Assembly: GCA_016181175.1 (NCBI GenBank)
Contig: JACOZV010000001.1
Location: 4,643 to 68,642 of the forward strand
Reading direction: 5' to 3'
Length of the DNA stretch: 64,000 nucleotides
Origin: Candidatus Yanofskybacteria bacterium
GTDB lineage: Bacteria; Patescibacteriota; Minisyncoccia; 2-02-FULL-40-12; IGHO2-01-FULL-4-A
Under the pieces are notes generated by a model. The model saw only the letters and a program-made list of their open reading frames with translations. It was not told the origin of the DNA and ran no database searches. Made by a program: the position numbers and the translations under genes. Positions within the stretch are counted from its first letter, which is position 1; every line of letters starts with the position of its first letter. Shown here one piece after another: positions 47,107 through 56,867 of this stretch.

Positions 47107-47113
47107 CAGGCCA

Positions 47114-47152
47114 TATTAATTAAAAAACCCACCGTGGGTTTTTTAATTAATA
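47114..47152. terminator. Perfect hairpin / terminator
   Basis: TATTAATTAAAAAACCCA-CCG-TGGGTTTTTTAATTAATA. Confidence 0.75.
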
Positions 47153-47302
47153 AACCTCTGCGAGGTTGAATCGAACAAGTCGAGCCAAGCTCGACAAGTT
47201 CTACTGAATTTTTTAACGACTTGCCGTACTTTTGTACAAGGCAAGTCTAAAATTCTGGATTGAGCTGAAGCAGTTCAGCTCAATCGCTGACCCGCGGCAC
47301 AG
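47153..47302 (+). repeat. tRNA-linked multi-hairpin element B
   Basis: Inverted T-loop copy GAATCGAAC, three hairpins, and an exact 16-bp copy CTGACCCGCGGCACAG of 47094-47109. Confidence 0.8.
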
Positions 47303-47338
47303 ACATAACAAAAACCACCGAATCGGTGGTTTTTGTTA

Positions 47339-47413
47339 TGGTGGGCGGTATAGGATTCGGACCTATGACCCTCTCAACGTCAATGAGATGCTCTACCACT
47401 GAGCTAACCGCCC
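47339..47413 (-). tRNA. tRNA-Val(GAC)
   Basis: Acceptor GGGCGGT/ACCGCCC; anticodon arm TCTCA-TTGACGT-TGAGA; encoded CCA. Confidence 0.92.
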
Positions 47414-47460
47414 TCACAGTAGATCTTAAAAATAAGGATTTGTTTGAGGTTTTTCTACTG

Positions 47461-47544
47461 TGCGCGGGAGAGGATTCGAACCTCCATGCCCTTGCGAGCG
47501 CTACCACCTCAAGGTAGTGCGTCTACCAGTTTCGCCACCCGCGC
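47461..47544 (-). tRNA. tRNA-Leu(GAG)
   Basis: Acceptor GCGCGGG/CCCGCGC; anticodon arm CTACC-TTGAGGT-GGTAG; long variable arm. Confidence 0.93.
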
Positions 47545-47553
47545 ATAATTTTC

Positions 47554-47970
47554 TTAAGATTCTTGGATTGAGCTGGTTTCTCGGGTTTTGTTTTGGGATT
47601 TAGAGCCAGAAACTTTTGGTTCGATAAGCTTTGTTTTTTTACGGGTTTCGCGTGCAGTTTTGTGGCGAAGATAATAAAGCTTGGCTCGGCGAACTTTTGC
47701 GGTTTTAATAATTTCAAATTTTTCAACGGCAGGGGAATGCAATGGAAAAATACGCTCCACGCCAACGCCGTTTGATATTTTACGAACAGTAATTGTCGCA
47801 CTAGATCCTGAGCCGTGTTTTTGAGCAATAACAATACCCTCAAAGATTTGAGTCCTTGTTTTCGCGCCCTCCTTTATCTTTTGGTAAACCTTAACCGTTT
47901 GACCGGAGCGAATATCCGGTAGCGTTTTATTAGTCGATAAAGTTGAATTAAAATGATGCAGTATATTCAT
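47554..47970 (-). CDS. rplS: 50S ribosomal protein L19
   Basis: [33 protein letters not shown]. Confidence 0.97.
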   Translation of the reverse strand: MNILHHFNSTLSTNKTLPDIRSGQTVKVYQKIKEGAKTRTQIFEGIVIAQKHGSGSSATITVRKISNGVGVERIFPLHSPAVEKFEIIKTAKVRRAKLYYLRHKTARETRKKTKLIEPKVSGSKSQNKTRETSSIQES

Positions 47971-48240
47971 ATGTAAACACTATATATTAACCTACTTTTT
48001 ATTGCAAGAAAAAAGTCAGCTTCCAGCAGTCAAATTAACCAAGAATTACATTGTATTATAAGTTATATTATAAACCAAAATACTTCAAAAACAATTTTTA
48101 AAGTAAATTTAATTTTATTAGTCTAAACGCCTTGTTATATATAGCAAGAATTTATGTATAAGTCTAGAAAATCAAACGGGGGATAACTAATTTGGGTGTT
48201 ACGATGGACTATGCTAGTATATTAGTAATAAATAATCACC

Positions 48241-48942
48241 GTGGTTCAGTTTAGTAAAAACTTACAAAAAAACGCGGCAATCGACCTCCGTAAGAAGGGA
48301 CTTTCGTATGCTGAAATTAAAAGAGAGATTTTAGTACCCAAATCTACCCTTTCCACGTGGCTTAAGAAGATAAAATTAAGCGAATCCCAGATCCAAAAAC
48401 TAAAAAATAGACGGCTTAAAATTGCCAGAGATAATTCCCAGAAAAAAATTTTAATAACCTCTCAAAAAATCGAAGAAATAAAAAATTCTTCAGCTAAAGA
48501 TTTAAAGAAAATTTCTAAAAGAGAACTTTGGTTGATGGGGGTTGTGCTTTATTGGAGAGAAAGACTTTTGCACAACAACGAAAGTGATTTGCGTAAAGGC
48601 GTCCGTTTCACAAGTTCCGATCCCAGTATTATAAAATTCTTTTTGAAGTGGTTACAAGATATTGGTCAGTTGGAAAAAGAAGAAATTGGATTTGACATCT
48701 TTCTTATTAATGGAAAAGTAGCAGCGGAAGCAATTGATTACTGGTCGCAAATTACTGACTTACCCAAGGACTATTTTCCCCGTGTTTATTTTCAAAAGAA
48801 CAGAAGAAAAAGAACCAAGAAAAAAAGTTCAAAAAGGGCGCATCACGGTTTATTAAGGGTGAGAATAAAAGCGAGTTCTATGCTGGCCAGACAAATTTCT
48901 GGCTGGGTAAAATCTATAGTTGATGAGATTGATAAACATTAA
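48241..48942 (+). CDS. HTH protein with a degenerate LAGLIDADG-like domain
   Basis: LRKKGLSYAEI...VPKSTLSTWL HTH; GVVLYWRE...FTSSDP...FFLKWL. Confidence 0.65.
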   Translation: MVQFSKNLQKNAAIDLRKKGLSYAEIKREILVPKSTLSTWLKKIKLSESQIQKLKNRRLKIARDNSQKKILITSQKIEEIKNSSAKDLKKISKRELWLMGVVLYWRERLLHNNESDLRKGVRFTSSDPSIIKFFLKWLQDIGQLEKEEIGFDIFLINGKVAAEAIDYWSQITDLPKDYFPRVYFQKNRRKRTKKKSSKRAHHGLLRVRIKASSMLARQISGWVKSIVDEIDKH

Positions 48943-48957
48943 TAAAAGTATGACAGT

Positions 48958-49866
48958 TTAGTAATCTTTTGTAGCCACTTCTAGAGTAGATAAAAATTCA
49001 TTTAATTCTTGTGGAAGGTCGGTTTCAGCCGTTAACGCTTCACCAGCCGGAGATACAAAAGACAGCTTTTGCGCATGTAGAAATAACCGTCCCAGCCCCG
49101 GGGGGCAGGTGTTGTTTTTGCCGGCATAAAGCGCATCACAAACAACTGGATGGCCAACTGATTTTAGATGAACGCGGATTTGGTGAGTGCGCCCAGTTTG
49201 CGGGGAAACTTCCAAGAGAGAATAACTCGCGGTGTGTAGCAAGTGGTAACTTAAAACTTTGTATTGGGTAATAGCTGATTTTTCTTTAAGTTCGTGTTTT
49301 CCGTGGACTTTGGTGGTTTGTCGGGTACTGCCTGTCCGGCCTGGAAGTTTAGCAAGCGGTGTTTCTATCACGCCGCTTTTGTTTTTGAGGTGGCCGTAGA
49401 CTAAGGCTAGATATGTTTTTTTAATTTTGTGTTCTTGAAAAAGTTTTTTAAAATAGTCAAAAGCTGATTGTGTTTTTGCAGCTAATAATAACCCAGAGGT
49501 TTCTCGGTCTAGACGGTGAACGATACCTGGCCTCAAATCCGTCCATTTATCCAGCACCAGTTTGGGCTCTTCCAAACTGGTGCTGGACGAGCCGACTCCT
49601 GTGCCATAGGGGTCGCATACACTGGCTACTTCCGGATATTTTTCCAAGAGCCAGCCGACCACGCTTTCACTTTTGTCCTGGCGATTAACGGGATGCGTCC
49701 CGTTAGAAGTAGCCTCGCCGAGGTCCTCCGGACTCGCGCCTTTGGCGCGAGCGAGACTTCTAACGGGATGCGTTAAAAGCCCAGCGGGTTTATCAATAAT
49801 TAAGAAATCGCGGTTTTCGTAAATAATTTTGATTCGAGCCATTAGGCTCGGTGTTGACTTTTCCAT
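48958..49866 (-). CDS. RluA/RluD family pseudouridine synthase with in-frame palindromic inserts
   Basis: IDKPAGL, VHRLDRETSG, TGRTHQIRVH, LFLHA; start uncertain (49866 or 49842). Confidence 0.92.
   Translation of the reverse strand: MEKSTPSLMARIKIIYENRDFLIIDKPAGLLTHPVRSLARAKGASPEDLGEATSNGTHPVNRQDKSESVVGWLLEKYPEVASVCDPYGTGVGSSSTSLEEPKLVLDKWTDLRPGIVHRLDRETSGLLLAAKTQSAFDYFKKLFQEHKIKKTYLALVYGHLKNKSGVIETPLAKLPGRTGSTRQTTKVHGKHELKEKSAITQYKVLSYHLLHTASYSLLEVSPQTGRTHQIRVHLKSVGHPVVCDALYAGKNNTCPPGLGRLFLHAQKLSFVSPAGEALTAETDLPQELNEFLSTLEVATKDY
49695..49771. mobile_element. CCCGTTAGA/TCTAACGGG miniature element in frame in rluA
   Basis: 13-bp IR TCCCGTTAGAAGT/ACTTCTAACGGGA; TAACGGGATGCGT repeated 75 nt apart (25 codons). 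Confidence 0.8.
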
Positions 49867-49919
49867 AGTAAAGAATATTATGCGGCAATAATTGTGCTTT
49901 GACAAGTAAAAGAGGAATA

Positions 49920-50915
49920 ATGATGCACAAAGGAAAAGCCAAGAGTTCCCAACTGATTCTTTATCCAGACGGGACACTTTATCATATAGACCTCAAACGT
50001 TCGGATAATATCCCGTTGAATATTTTCTTGGTTGGAGCGGCTGGACGTGTTGATGAAATTGCCAAATATTTTAACCAAGTAACTTTTTCACATCGCAACA
50101 AAGAGCGCCCCGAATTTTATATTGTATCAGGCATATATAAAGGCGTGTCAATGGCGGCTATGTCTATTGGTATAGGCGTGGCCAATGTTGAGATTGCACT
50201 CAATGAATTACATGCCCTTTTCGAATATGATCATGTGAAAGATTGCTGGAGCGGCGCGCCCGCTAAGGTAAATATCATCAGGGTAGGTACTGCCGGAACT
50301 ACATTGAAAGAAATTCCCATAGGGACGCTAGCAATTTCTTTTTACGGTTTAGGTTTGGATAATTTAGATAATTTTTATTGCTGTTACCGGTATTGTGATA
50401 GGCAATATCAGCTTTTAAAAAATATGGCAATAAGTTTGGAAAATGAATTTCAAAAAACTCAACTTGGAAAGCTCATCAAGTCCTCTTATGTTTCTCCTGC
50501 TGACCGTGAAATCGCTTGGGTGTTGAAAAATAAAGCCTGCGAGATTGATGAACTGGCAATGATTGCAGGCGGCATTACCCTTGCCTCACCCGGATTTTTT
50601 GGCCCTGAAGGCAGAGCAATCGGTCGTATACAGACCTTATTTACCCAGCATGATTTTGTTGAGACAATTTCAAATTTTGAAAGCCACGGTTTGAAGATTG
50701 TTAATATGGAAATGGAAACAAGCATTCTTTTCCGTCTTGCCAATGAAATACTCGGCTGGCGGGCGGGGGCGATTTGCGCGGTTTTGGATAATTTGCAAAC
50801 CGACGAGATGATCGATTCGGATTTTGCCAAAGAGCGGGTCCATGTTTGCATTAAGGTAGCGCTAGAAGCGATGGTTGCTTTGGTGAATAAACCAGTATTA
50901 ATACTAAAAAGTTAA
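49920..50915 (+). CDS. Nucleoside phosphorylase (PNP/UDP family)
   Basis: DGTLYHIDL, SIGIG, IIRVGTAG, GFFGPEGR, NMEMETS. Confidence 0.88.
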   Translation: MMHKGKAKSSQLILYPDGTLYHIDLKRSDNIPLNIFLVGAAGRVDEIAKYFNQVTFSHRNKERPEFYIVSGIYKGVSMAAMSIGIGVANVEIALNELHALFEYDHVKDCWSGAPAKVNIIRVGTAGTTLKEIPIGTLAISFYGLGLDNLDNFYCCYRYCDRQYQLLKNMAISLENEFQKTQLGKLIKSSYVSPADREIAWVLKNKACEIDELAMIAGGITLASPGFFGPEGRAIGRIQTLFTQHDFVETISNFESHGLKIVNMEMETSILFRLANEILGWRAGAICAVLDNLQTDEMIDSDFAKERVHVCIKVALEAMVALVNKPVLILKS

Positions 50916-50950
50916 TAAAAATCGGCAATAATGCCGTTTTTTTTGTTTGT

Positions 50951-51631
50951 TTAAGGATTTTTCCAGAATGGCGTAGAAGCGCCAACAATTAATTTTTCAG
51001 GTGGCAAAAAGTCCCAGAGTGGTTCTACTTGACTTAACTTTCTTACACCGCCAGACAGTTTTTTAATCAAATTGGGTGCGGCTTCGTGCATCCATTTGAT
51101 ATGTTGAATTTTTACTTCTGGTGGCACGTTATCAACCATCGTTGTGGAAGTTTTTACACAAAAAGCCTTACTGGTTGCAACCAACTCGGTCGCTAATTTT
51201 ATCTTATTTTCATCATACCAGGGATGTCCGCTTTCTATGATAACTTTAGTGGCGTCCGGAAATATTTCTACTAAACAAGTGAGCTCGTCAATAATTTCAG
51301 CAAATTTGCCCTCACGGAGAAAGGCGGTGTTTAGTACAGTATCAATTTCATTGGCTCCGGCATCACTTGCAATAATTGCCGCGCAATGTTTTAAAGATAT
51401 TCCACCTCTTCCTAGAGGAAAATCATTTACAACGGATACCAAGATTCCGCTTCCTTCGAGAATCACCTTACACAGTTTTATTACGTTTGGATCTGGCAAA
51501 ACGCAAACAGATCTAATAACAGTTCGATTTTCTTCCTGCAGAGCTTCTTCGCAGAAACGTTTAAAATCTGCCAATGTCGTATCCGGATATACAAGAGTAT
51601 AGTCGACATAAGCTTTTTTTGTAGGATTCAT
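50951..51631 (-). CDS. deoC: Deoxyribose-phosphate aldolase
   Basis: VDYTL, DFPLG, GANEIDTV, KVIIES, VKTST, KLSGGVR. Confidence 0.85.
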   Translation of the reverse strand: MNPTKKAYVDYTLVYPDTTLADFKRFCEEALQEENRTVIRSVCVLPDPNVIKLCKVILEGSGILVSVVNDFPLGRGGISLKHCAAIIASDAGANEIDTVLNTAFLREGKFAEIIDELTCLVEIFPDATKVIIESGHPWYDENKIKLATELVATSKAFCVKTSTTMVDNVPPEVKIQHIKWMHEAAPNLIKKLSGGVRKLSQVEPLWDFLPPEKLIVGASTPFWKNP

Positions 51632-51711
51632 TTGTGCCCCCTGATTTAAAAGTTCGAATCTAAAAGAGTAGTAGCATGCTTAAAAAAAATAAGCAATAAA
51701 CAAAATTAAGT

Positions 51712-51860
51712 GTGGGCGCTGAGAGATTTGCCTACGAATCAAATTTTCTTCCGAAAATTTGTTCACAGGCTGTCCCTCGCGGTTTTGCCTCCCAATTGTC
51801 GGCAAAACATCGCTGCGGTCTTCAAATCCTCACGCAAGCAAATAAATTTGCTTGCTAGCG
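51712..51860 (-). repeat. tRNA-linked multi-hairpin element C
   Basis: 51712-51730 matches the tRNA-Val 3' end 51861-51879 at 18/19; inverted T-arm copy at 51821-51832; internal hairpins. Confidence 0.8.
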
Positions 51861-51861
51861 G

Positions 51862-51934
51862 TGGGCGCTGAGGGATTTGAACCCCCGACTTCTTCCGTGT
51901 AAAGGAAGCACTCTGGCCACTGAGTTAAGCGCCC
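51862..51934 (-). tRNA. tRNA-Val(TAC)
   Basis: Acceptor GGGCGCT/AGCGCCC; anticodon arm CTTCC-TTTACAC-GGAAG. Confidence 0.92.
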
Positions 51935-52134
51935 TTTTTATTTGATAACCATGAAATGCAAACTCCTGCGAAGTTAATCAAAAAGCCAATAAATATGATT
52001 ATGTGGAACGGAGTGATAAGACCTTCGGGAGATTTTATCCCTATATCAAAGTGATGCAAAATATCTAGAAGCATGCCAACCGCTTCAACACCTGTCCCTA
52101 CGAAGCTAATTTTAATTCCTGTTTTGAATTGCAT
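51925..52134 (-). CDS. 69-aa two-TM protein between two tRNAs
   Basis: MQFKTGIK...LDILHH...PFHIIIFIG; ATG overlaps the tRNA-Ile CCA and the stop lies inside tRNA-Val. Confidence 0.6.
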   Translation of the reverse strand: MQFKTGIKISFVGTGVEAVGMLLDILHHFDIGIKSPEGLITPFHIIIFIGFLINFAGVCISWLSNKKGA

Positions 52135-52208
52135 GGTGCGGCCGGTTGGATTCGAACCAACAGCCTCGGTCTTATAAGGACCTTGCTCCGCCATTGAGCT
52201 ACGGCCGC
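52134..52208 (-). tRNA. tRNA-Ile(TAT)
   Basis: Acceptor GCGGCCG/CGGCCGC; anticodon arm GGTC-CTTATAA-GACC; T arm GTTGG-TTCGAAT-CCAAC; A73 plus CCA. Confidence 0.88.
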
Positions 52209-52288
52209 GCTGATTTCATTCTCAAATCTAACAAAAAAGACAGTTGCGGACAATTGTAAAAAAGACAAGACCATGAATTTTGATACGT

Positions 52289-54109
52289 TTAACTGACTAG
52301 CGCGTAGAACTCTTTTTGTTCAAGAGTTTCTTTTTCTATGAGTTTTCTGGCTATTTTTTCAAGAGTAGCCATTTTTTTGTTTATTATTTCCTGGGCTTTC
52401 TTAAGTCCTTTTGTAATAAAACTCTTAACCTCACCGTCTATTTGGAAGGCAATTTCGTTAGAATAATTTTTTTCGGTGCCGAGTTCTTTGCCGAGAAATA
52501 CCAGTTCTTCTTTTTCGCCAAAAGTTATTGGCCCCAATTTGTCAGACATGCCATATTGCGTGACCATTTTGCGTGCAAGTTCCGAAGCAACTTTTAAATC
52601 ATTTGAGGCACCAGTTGTTAGTTCATTAAATATTAATTTTTCTGCGGCGTAACCACCCAAAAGCACTGCCAATTCCGATTCAAATTCTGAACGCGATCGC
52701 AAGTGTTTGTCTTCGAGGGGTAATTTAAGTGTATATCCGCCGGCTCGTCCACGCGATACGATGGAAACTTTATGTATCGGATCGGTGTGCGGCAAGGCGG
52801 TGGCAACTAAAGCGTGGCCGGCTTCATGATAAGCGGCTATCTCTTTTTCTTTTTTGGTAAACACATGCGATCTTCGCTCCGGACCGAGCATGACTTTTTC
52901 GATTGATTGCAAAAGATTTTCTTGCGTGATCTCTTTTTGGTTTTTACGAGCGGCTAAAATTGCAGCTTCATTGAGCAAATTGGCCAAGTCTGCGCCTGAA
53001 AATCCCGGTGTGCGTTCAGAGACGACTTTTAGGTCGGTATTTTTGGCGAGTGGCTTATCCAGAGCATGTATGTGGAGTATTGCTTCACGGTCTTTCATGG
53101 ACGGCTCATCAAGTATTATGCGTCGGTCAAATCGTCCCGGACGTAACAATGCCGGGTCTAATATATCCGGTCGGTTAGTTGCTGCCATTACTATGACGGC
53201 ATCGTTTGTATCAAATCCATCCATTTCAACAAGTATTTGGTTGAGGGTTTGTTCGCGTTCATCGTGGCCGCCGCCAAGCCCTGCTCCGCGGTGTCGGCCA
53301 ACGGCGTCAATCTCATCAATGAAAACAATCGACGGCGCGGTTTTTTTAGCCACTTCAAAAGTATCGCGTACGCGGTTAGCGCCAACTCCCACAAACATTT
53401 CTACAAATTCAGAACCGGACACATAATAAAAAGGAACCCCAGCTTCATTAGCCACTGCCTTGGCAAGTAAAGTTTTGCCTGTACCTGGTGATCCTACAAG
53501 TAGTACTCCTCTAGGAATGCGAGCGCCTAGTTTTTGGAATTTCTTGGGATCACGCAAAAACTCCACAACTTCAGTAATTTCTTCTTTAGCTTCTGTAAGT
53601 CCAGCCACGTCACCAAAAGTAACTTTCTTTTTGCCGTTGCCGTCGTTGCCAGCTAGACGCGCCTTAGTTTTTCCGAAAGTAAAAGCAGACATTGATCCCC
53701 GTTGAGCTTGGCGGAACATGAACCAAAACAAAAAGACAACCAAAAGGAACGGAAGAACTATTGGCAAAAAGTTCACAATATAGAATCCGAATCCCGATTC
53801 ATTTTTTACATCCAGACTAACTTTGGTTAACTTATCTTTTTCAGTACCCAGGTTTATCAGGGTATCGCTAACTGATGAGCCGGCTTCTTTTTTGGATGTT
53901 TCCTTTTTGCTGTCATTAAGCACTATATCTAGTTTTTCTCCGCGCACAGTAACTTCCTTAACTTGGCCTTGGTTTATTTGGTTAACCAGGGTAGTCAGTG
54001 AAATTTCGTTATTTTCTTGAGAAAGAGGTGAGCGTATAATCGCGACAAAACCTGATATAACCAAAAATATCAGGAAAACGATAAGGACATATTTAATTAA
54101 TGATTTCAT
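52289..54109 (-). CDS. ftsH: ATP-dependent zinc metalloprotease FtsH
   Basis: Two TM segments; [32 protein letters not shown]. Start moved to MKSLIK. Confidence 0.97.
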   Translation of the reverse strand: MKSLIKYVLIVFLIFLVISGFVAIIRSPLSQENNEISLTTLVNQINQGQVKEVTVRGEKLDIVLNDSKKETSKKEAGSSVSDTLINLGTEKDKLTKVSLDVKNESGFGFYIVNFLPIVLPFLLVVFLFWFMFRQAQRGSMSAFTFGKTKARLAGNDGNGKKKVTFGDVAGLTEAKEEITEVVEFLRDPKKFQKLGARIPRGVLLVGSPGTGKTLLAKAVANEAGVPFYYVSGSEFVEMFVGVGANRVRDTFEVAKKTAPSIVFIDEIDAVGRHRGAGLGGGHDEREQTLNQILVEMDGFDTNDAVIVMAATNRPDILDPALLRPGRFDRRIILDEPSMKDREAILHIHALDKPLAKNTDLKVVSERTPGFSGADLANLLNEAAILAARKNQKEITQENLLQSIEKVMLGPERRSHVFTKKEKEIAAYHEAGHALVATALPHTDPIHKVSIVSRGRAGGYTLKLPLEDKHLRSRSEFESELAVLLGGYAAEKLIFNELTTGASNDLKVASELARKMVTQYGMSDKLGPITFGEKEELVFLGKELGTEKNYSNEIAFQIDGEVKSFITKGLKKAQEIINKKMATLEKIARKLIEKETLEQKEFYALVS

Positions 54110-54220
54110 AATTAAAAGTACTTTAACATTAAAATTTAAAAGATTCAAGCTGCCATTGACTTTTATGGTATAATTTGATAACATTAAGAAAGTAAGTTCG
54201 TTCACAACTAAGGAGTTAAT

Positions 54221-55255
54221 ATGAATTCACAGATGGGCTTGCAGGTAGCCCAAACGACTTGCGATCAGGAAGCGGTGGTGTCGCGCAAACGGCAACGCGT
54301 GCGCGGCACCACCAAAACGAGAAAACAAGTTCCACAAACCCACTCCCGCCGTCGTTACCTAAGGATGGCCATTGGTTTCACTCACGAGATAGTTGAAGGC
54401 TATCTTGAGCGTTGGCGAAAGGAAGTCCAAGTCTGGGTTGGTCGGGAGAAGAAGTGGGTTTCTGCTGAGCAGGCCGATCCTGATCAGCAGGTAACGGATC
54501 GGAATACCGGACAGTCGTGCTATCGTCAGGTTCGGTTAACTGACGAAGACGGTTTTCCGACGGAACGGTGGGTAGAAACTGGCCGATACCCGTCTATCCC
54601 AACAGTGATTAGGTTTGAGAAGGGTGCGCCCCTTCCAAACATAATCAAAACAGCAACACCGCGAGAGCAACGACACCATTCTGATCAGTGTGCCGGCGGA
54701 TTCCGGTTCTTTTATGTCGAGCCGCCAAAACCGTCTCGGCCGTCGATTCAGTGGATTCCGGCCAGTGATACAGAAAAGCGGCGAGAGTTTTTGAAAAGTT
54801 TGCCGCAAGCTTCGCCGGAAATCCAAGCCATCCTCAACAATCCGCCCGAACCAGAACCTGTCCCAGAGCAGTGGTTCCGGGTAGATCTTCCGGAGGTTGC
54901 CATGCAGGACAACCAATGGGAAGAAGGCGGATATGAGGAAGACCCTCCGCCGGATGCGAGGGTAAACTTTCCCCAGGGCTGGTGCTGCAAGCTCGTCCAA
55001 CAGCCGAAGTTTAACTTCGGCGTGATCGCTGACCCCAACTGGATATACGTCCAGTTGCCTTTCCATTATTGGTCCTGGGATTACGAGCGTAAAACCGGTC
55101 GTCCGAAACAAGTTTTCAGGACTGATAGTGCCGGTGGGCGGAACGGAAGTGTGGAATGTGGCATCTGGATTCCACGCTGGTTGCTGGTACCCATCAATAC
55201 CAGAGAAGCCCGTGAAATCTTTGACCTGCTTGAACAGCAGGTCAAAGAGCAATAA
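54221..55255 (+). CDS. Hypothetical Trp/Pro-rich protein, GC-richer than its flanks
   Basis: AAGGAG SD; 344 aa; terminator near 55297-55323. Confidence 0.75.
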   Translation: MNSQMGLQVAQTTCDQEAVVSRKRQRVRGTTKTRKQVPQTHSRRRYLRMAIGFTHEIVEGYLERWRKEVQVWVGREKKWVSAEQADPDQQVTDRNTGQSCYRQVRLTDEDGFPTERWVETGRYPSIPTVIRFEKGAPLPNIIKTATPREQRHHSDQCAGGFRFFYVEPPKPSRPSIQWIPASDTEKRREFLKSLPQASPEIQAILNNPPEPEPVPEQWFRVDLPEVAMQDNQWEEGGYEEDPPPDARVNFPQGWCCKLVQQPKFNFGVIADPNWIYVQLPFHYWSWDYERKTGRPKQVFRTDSAGGRNGSVECGIWIPRWLLVPINTREAREIFDLLEQQVKEQ

Positions 55256-55403
55256 CTTACGAAAGGCAAGACCGGCAAATTGCCCAACGTTTTTCACCCC
55301 CCGCTTGCGGTCAGCGGGGTTTTTATTGCTTGACGCAATGTTTATTAAATGATACAATATAACTTCGTTGTTGTTTTACAATTGTATTACAAGGAGAGAG
55401 AAA

Positions 55404-56798
55404 ATGCCCAGTTTAAGAATCAAAGGTCTTGGAGGTATTAATGAAATTGGAGCCTCATCTGCCCAAATTGAATTTCCGGATATTAACCGGAATATTCTTA
55501 TTGATTCCGGTGTCCGCATGGTTAATAACCGTGGTTATAACGGTGGTCTAGTAAGACGAACCGAGGGCCACGCTTTACCAGACGTGAGAATTGACAGTGT
55601 CCTGATTACTCACGGACACAGTGATCATCATGGTAATTTGCCTCGCCTTTGGCCGGGAATTATTGCGGCCAATCCCGAGGCTAAGGTCTTTATGACCAGA
55701 CCTACTTTTTATATCGCTGGTAATCTCTGGTTCAACACCTCTTTCTTAATGGCCAATGGAAAGATCAGCGTTGATTTGGATTATGAGGCCAATTTTACCG
55801 AAGGTATGAGGATGATTCTCGAACAGGCGGGGAAGAACCTGGTTACAAAACCCGGCTGGACGGAAATTTTCCCCGGCGTTGAAGCGTATTTCGGTCCCAA
55901 TGGGCATATCAGGGGATCGGCGTTCATTGTTGTGCGAGCCAATGGTAAGCTAGTGATGTTTTCGGGCGACATATCGGTTTACGATAGCCCGACAGTTAAA
56001 GGCATGAAGGTGCCGGAAGAATTTATCGGCAAACTTGATGCAATTTTTGTTGAAGCAACATATGGTGATCGCGTGTTGATACCGCGATCGGAAGAAGAAG
56101 ACAGAATGGCATATCTGGCGAAGGAAACCATTGGTCGGGGAGGAATATGCCTGGCTCCGGCATTTGGAGTCGGCCGTAGTCCTGATGCCGTTCTAGCGCA
56201 AGAGATAAGAGGAGTTGCACCCCTATATGTTGATGGCATGGGGAGGGACTCACTCGATATTTGCGCAGATCCAAAAAAAGGATTCTGGTGTGAGCTGGAT
56301 CATCTGTCTGATGTTGATTTGTCCGCATCAGGAATAAAGTACGTAGGAAATAGCGGTGAGCGCAAAGATTTAATTTACGAGGGGAGCGGATTTAGTGTGG
56401 TAACAACCGCCGGAATGATAGTTGAGGGCAGTTGTGCCTATCAATACGCTACCCGAAACGGTTTTCTACGAGATAGTTTTAACCGGTTGCTTTTAACCGG
56501 CTACCAGGCCGAGAATACTGAGGGGCGAGAGATAGAAGAGGGCGTCTCGGTGGGAAGGCCGATTCATTTAGGGGGTCGGTTGATACAAGTTCAGGCCGAT
56601 GTGCCGCCGCGATTACAGCTTTCTTCACACGCCGACGGTCTGCAAATAGCTGATATTGTTAAAACCCTTCAGCCCAAAAAAGTTTTTATCAATCACGGTA
56701 AAGATAGCGGCCGTGAGGGGCTGAAGCACAATCTTGAGTCTCTTGGTTTTGGTGGAGACGTATACTTACCCCGAAATGGGGACGTGATTGAAATTTAA
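55404..56798 (+). CDS. MBL-fold beta-CASP ribonuclease
   Basis: THGHSDHHG, NGHIRGSA, FSGD, EATYG, SSHAD, INHG; promoter TTGACG-17-TACAAT (55330-55358). Confidence 0.9.
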   Translation: MPSLRIKGLGGINEIGASSAQIEFPDINRNILIDSGVRMVNNRGYNGGLVRRTEGHALPDVRIDSVLITHGHSDHHGNLPRLWPGIIAANPEAKVFMTRPTFYIAGNLWFNTSFLMANGKISVDLDYEANFTEGMRMILEQAGKNLVTKPGWTEIFPGVEAYFGPNGHIRGSAFIVVRANGKLVMFSGDISVYDSPTVKGMKVPEEFIGKLDAIFVEATYGDRVLIPRSEEEDRMAYLAKETIGRGGICLAPAFGVGRSPDAVLAQEIRGVAPLYVDGMGRDSLDICADPKKGFWCELDHLSDVDLSASGIKYVGNSGERKDLIYEGSGFSVVTTAGMIVEGSCAYQYATRNGFLRDSFNRLLLTGYQAENTEGREIEEGVSVGRPIHLGGRLIQVQADVPPRLQLSSHADGLQIADIVKTLQPKKVFINHGKDSGREGLKHNLESLGFGGDVYLPRNGDVIEI

Positions 56799-56867
56799 AT
56801 TAAAACCGGCTTAATATAGCCAAAGCCCTTGTTTAATCTCACTGTTTGCCGCCAAGGCATAGTGGGA

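Noticed and set aside
47565-47576. TGGATTGAGCTG at the rplS 3' end, also present in element B
   Set aside because: 12-bp match without the hairpin partner; cannot be told from chance
54536-55357. 273-aa minus-strand ORF
   Set aside because: Antisense to 54221..55255, which has an SD and terminator; its start runs through a terminator and promoter
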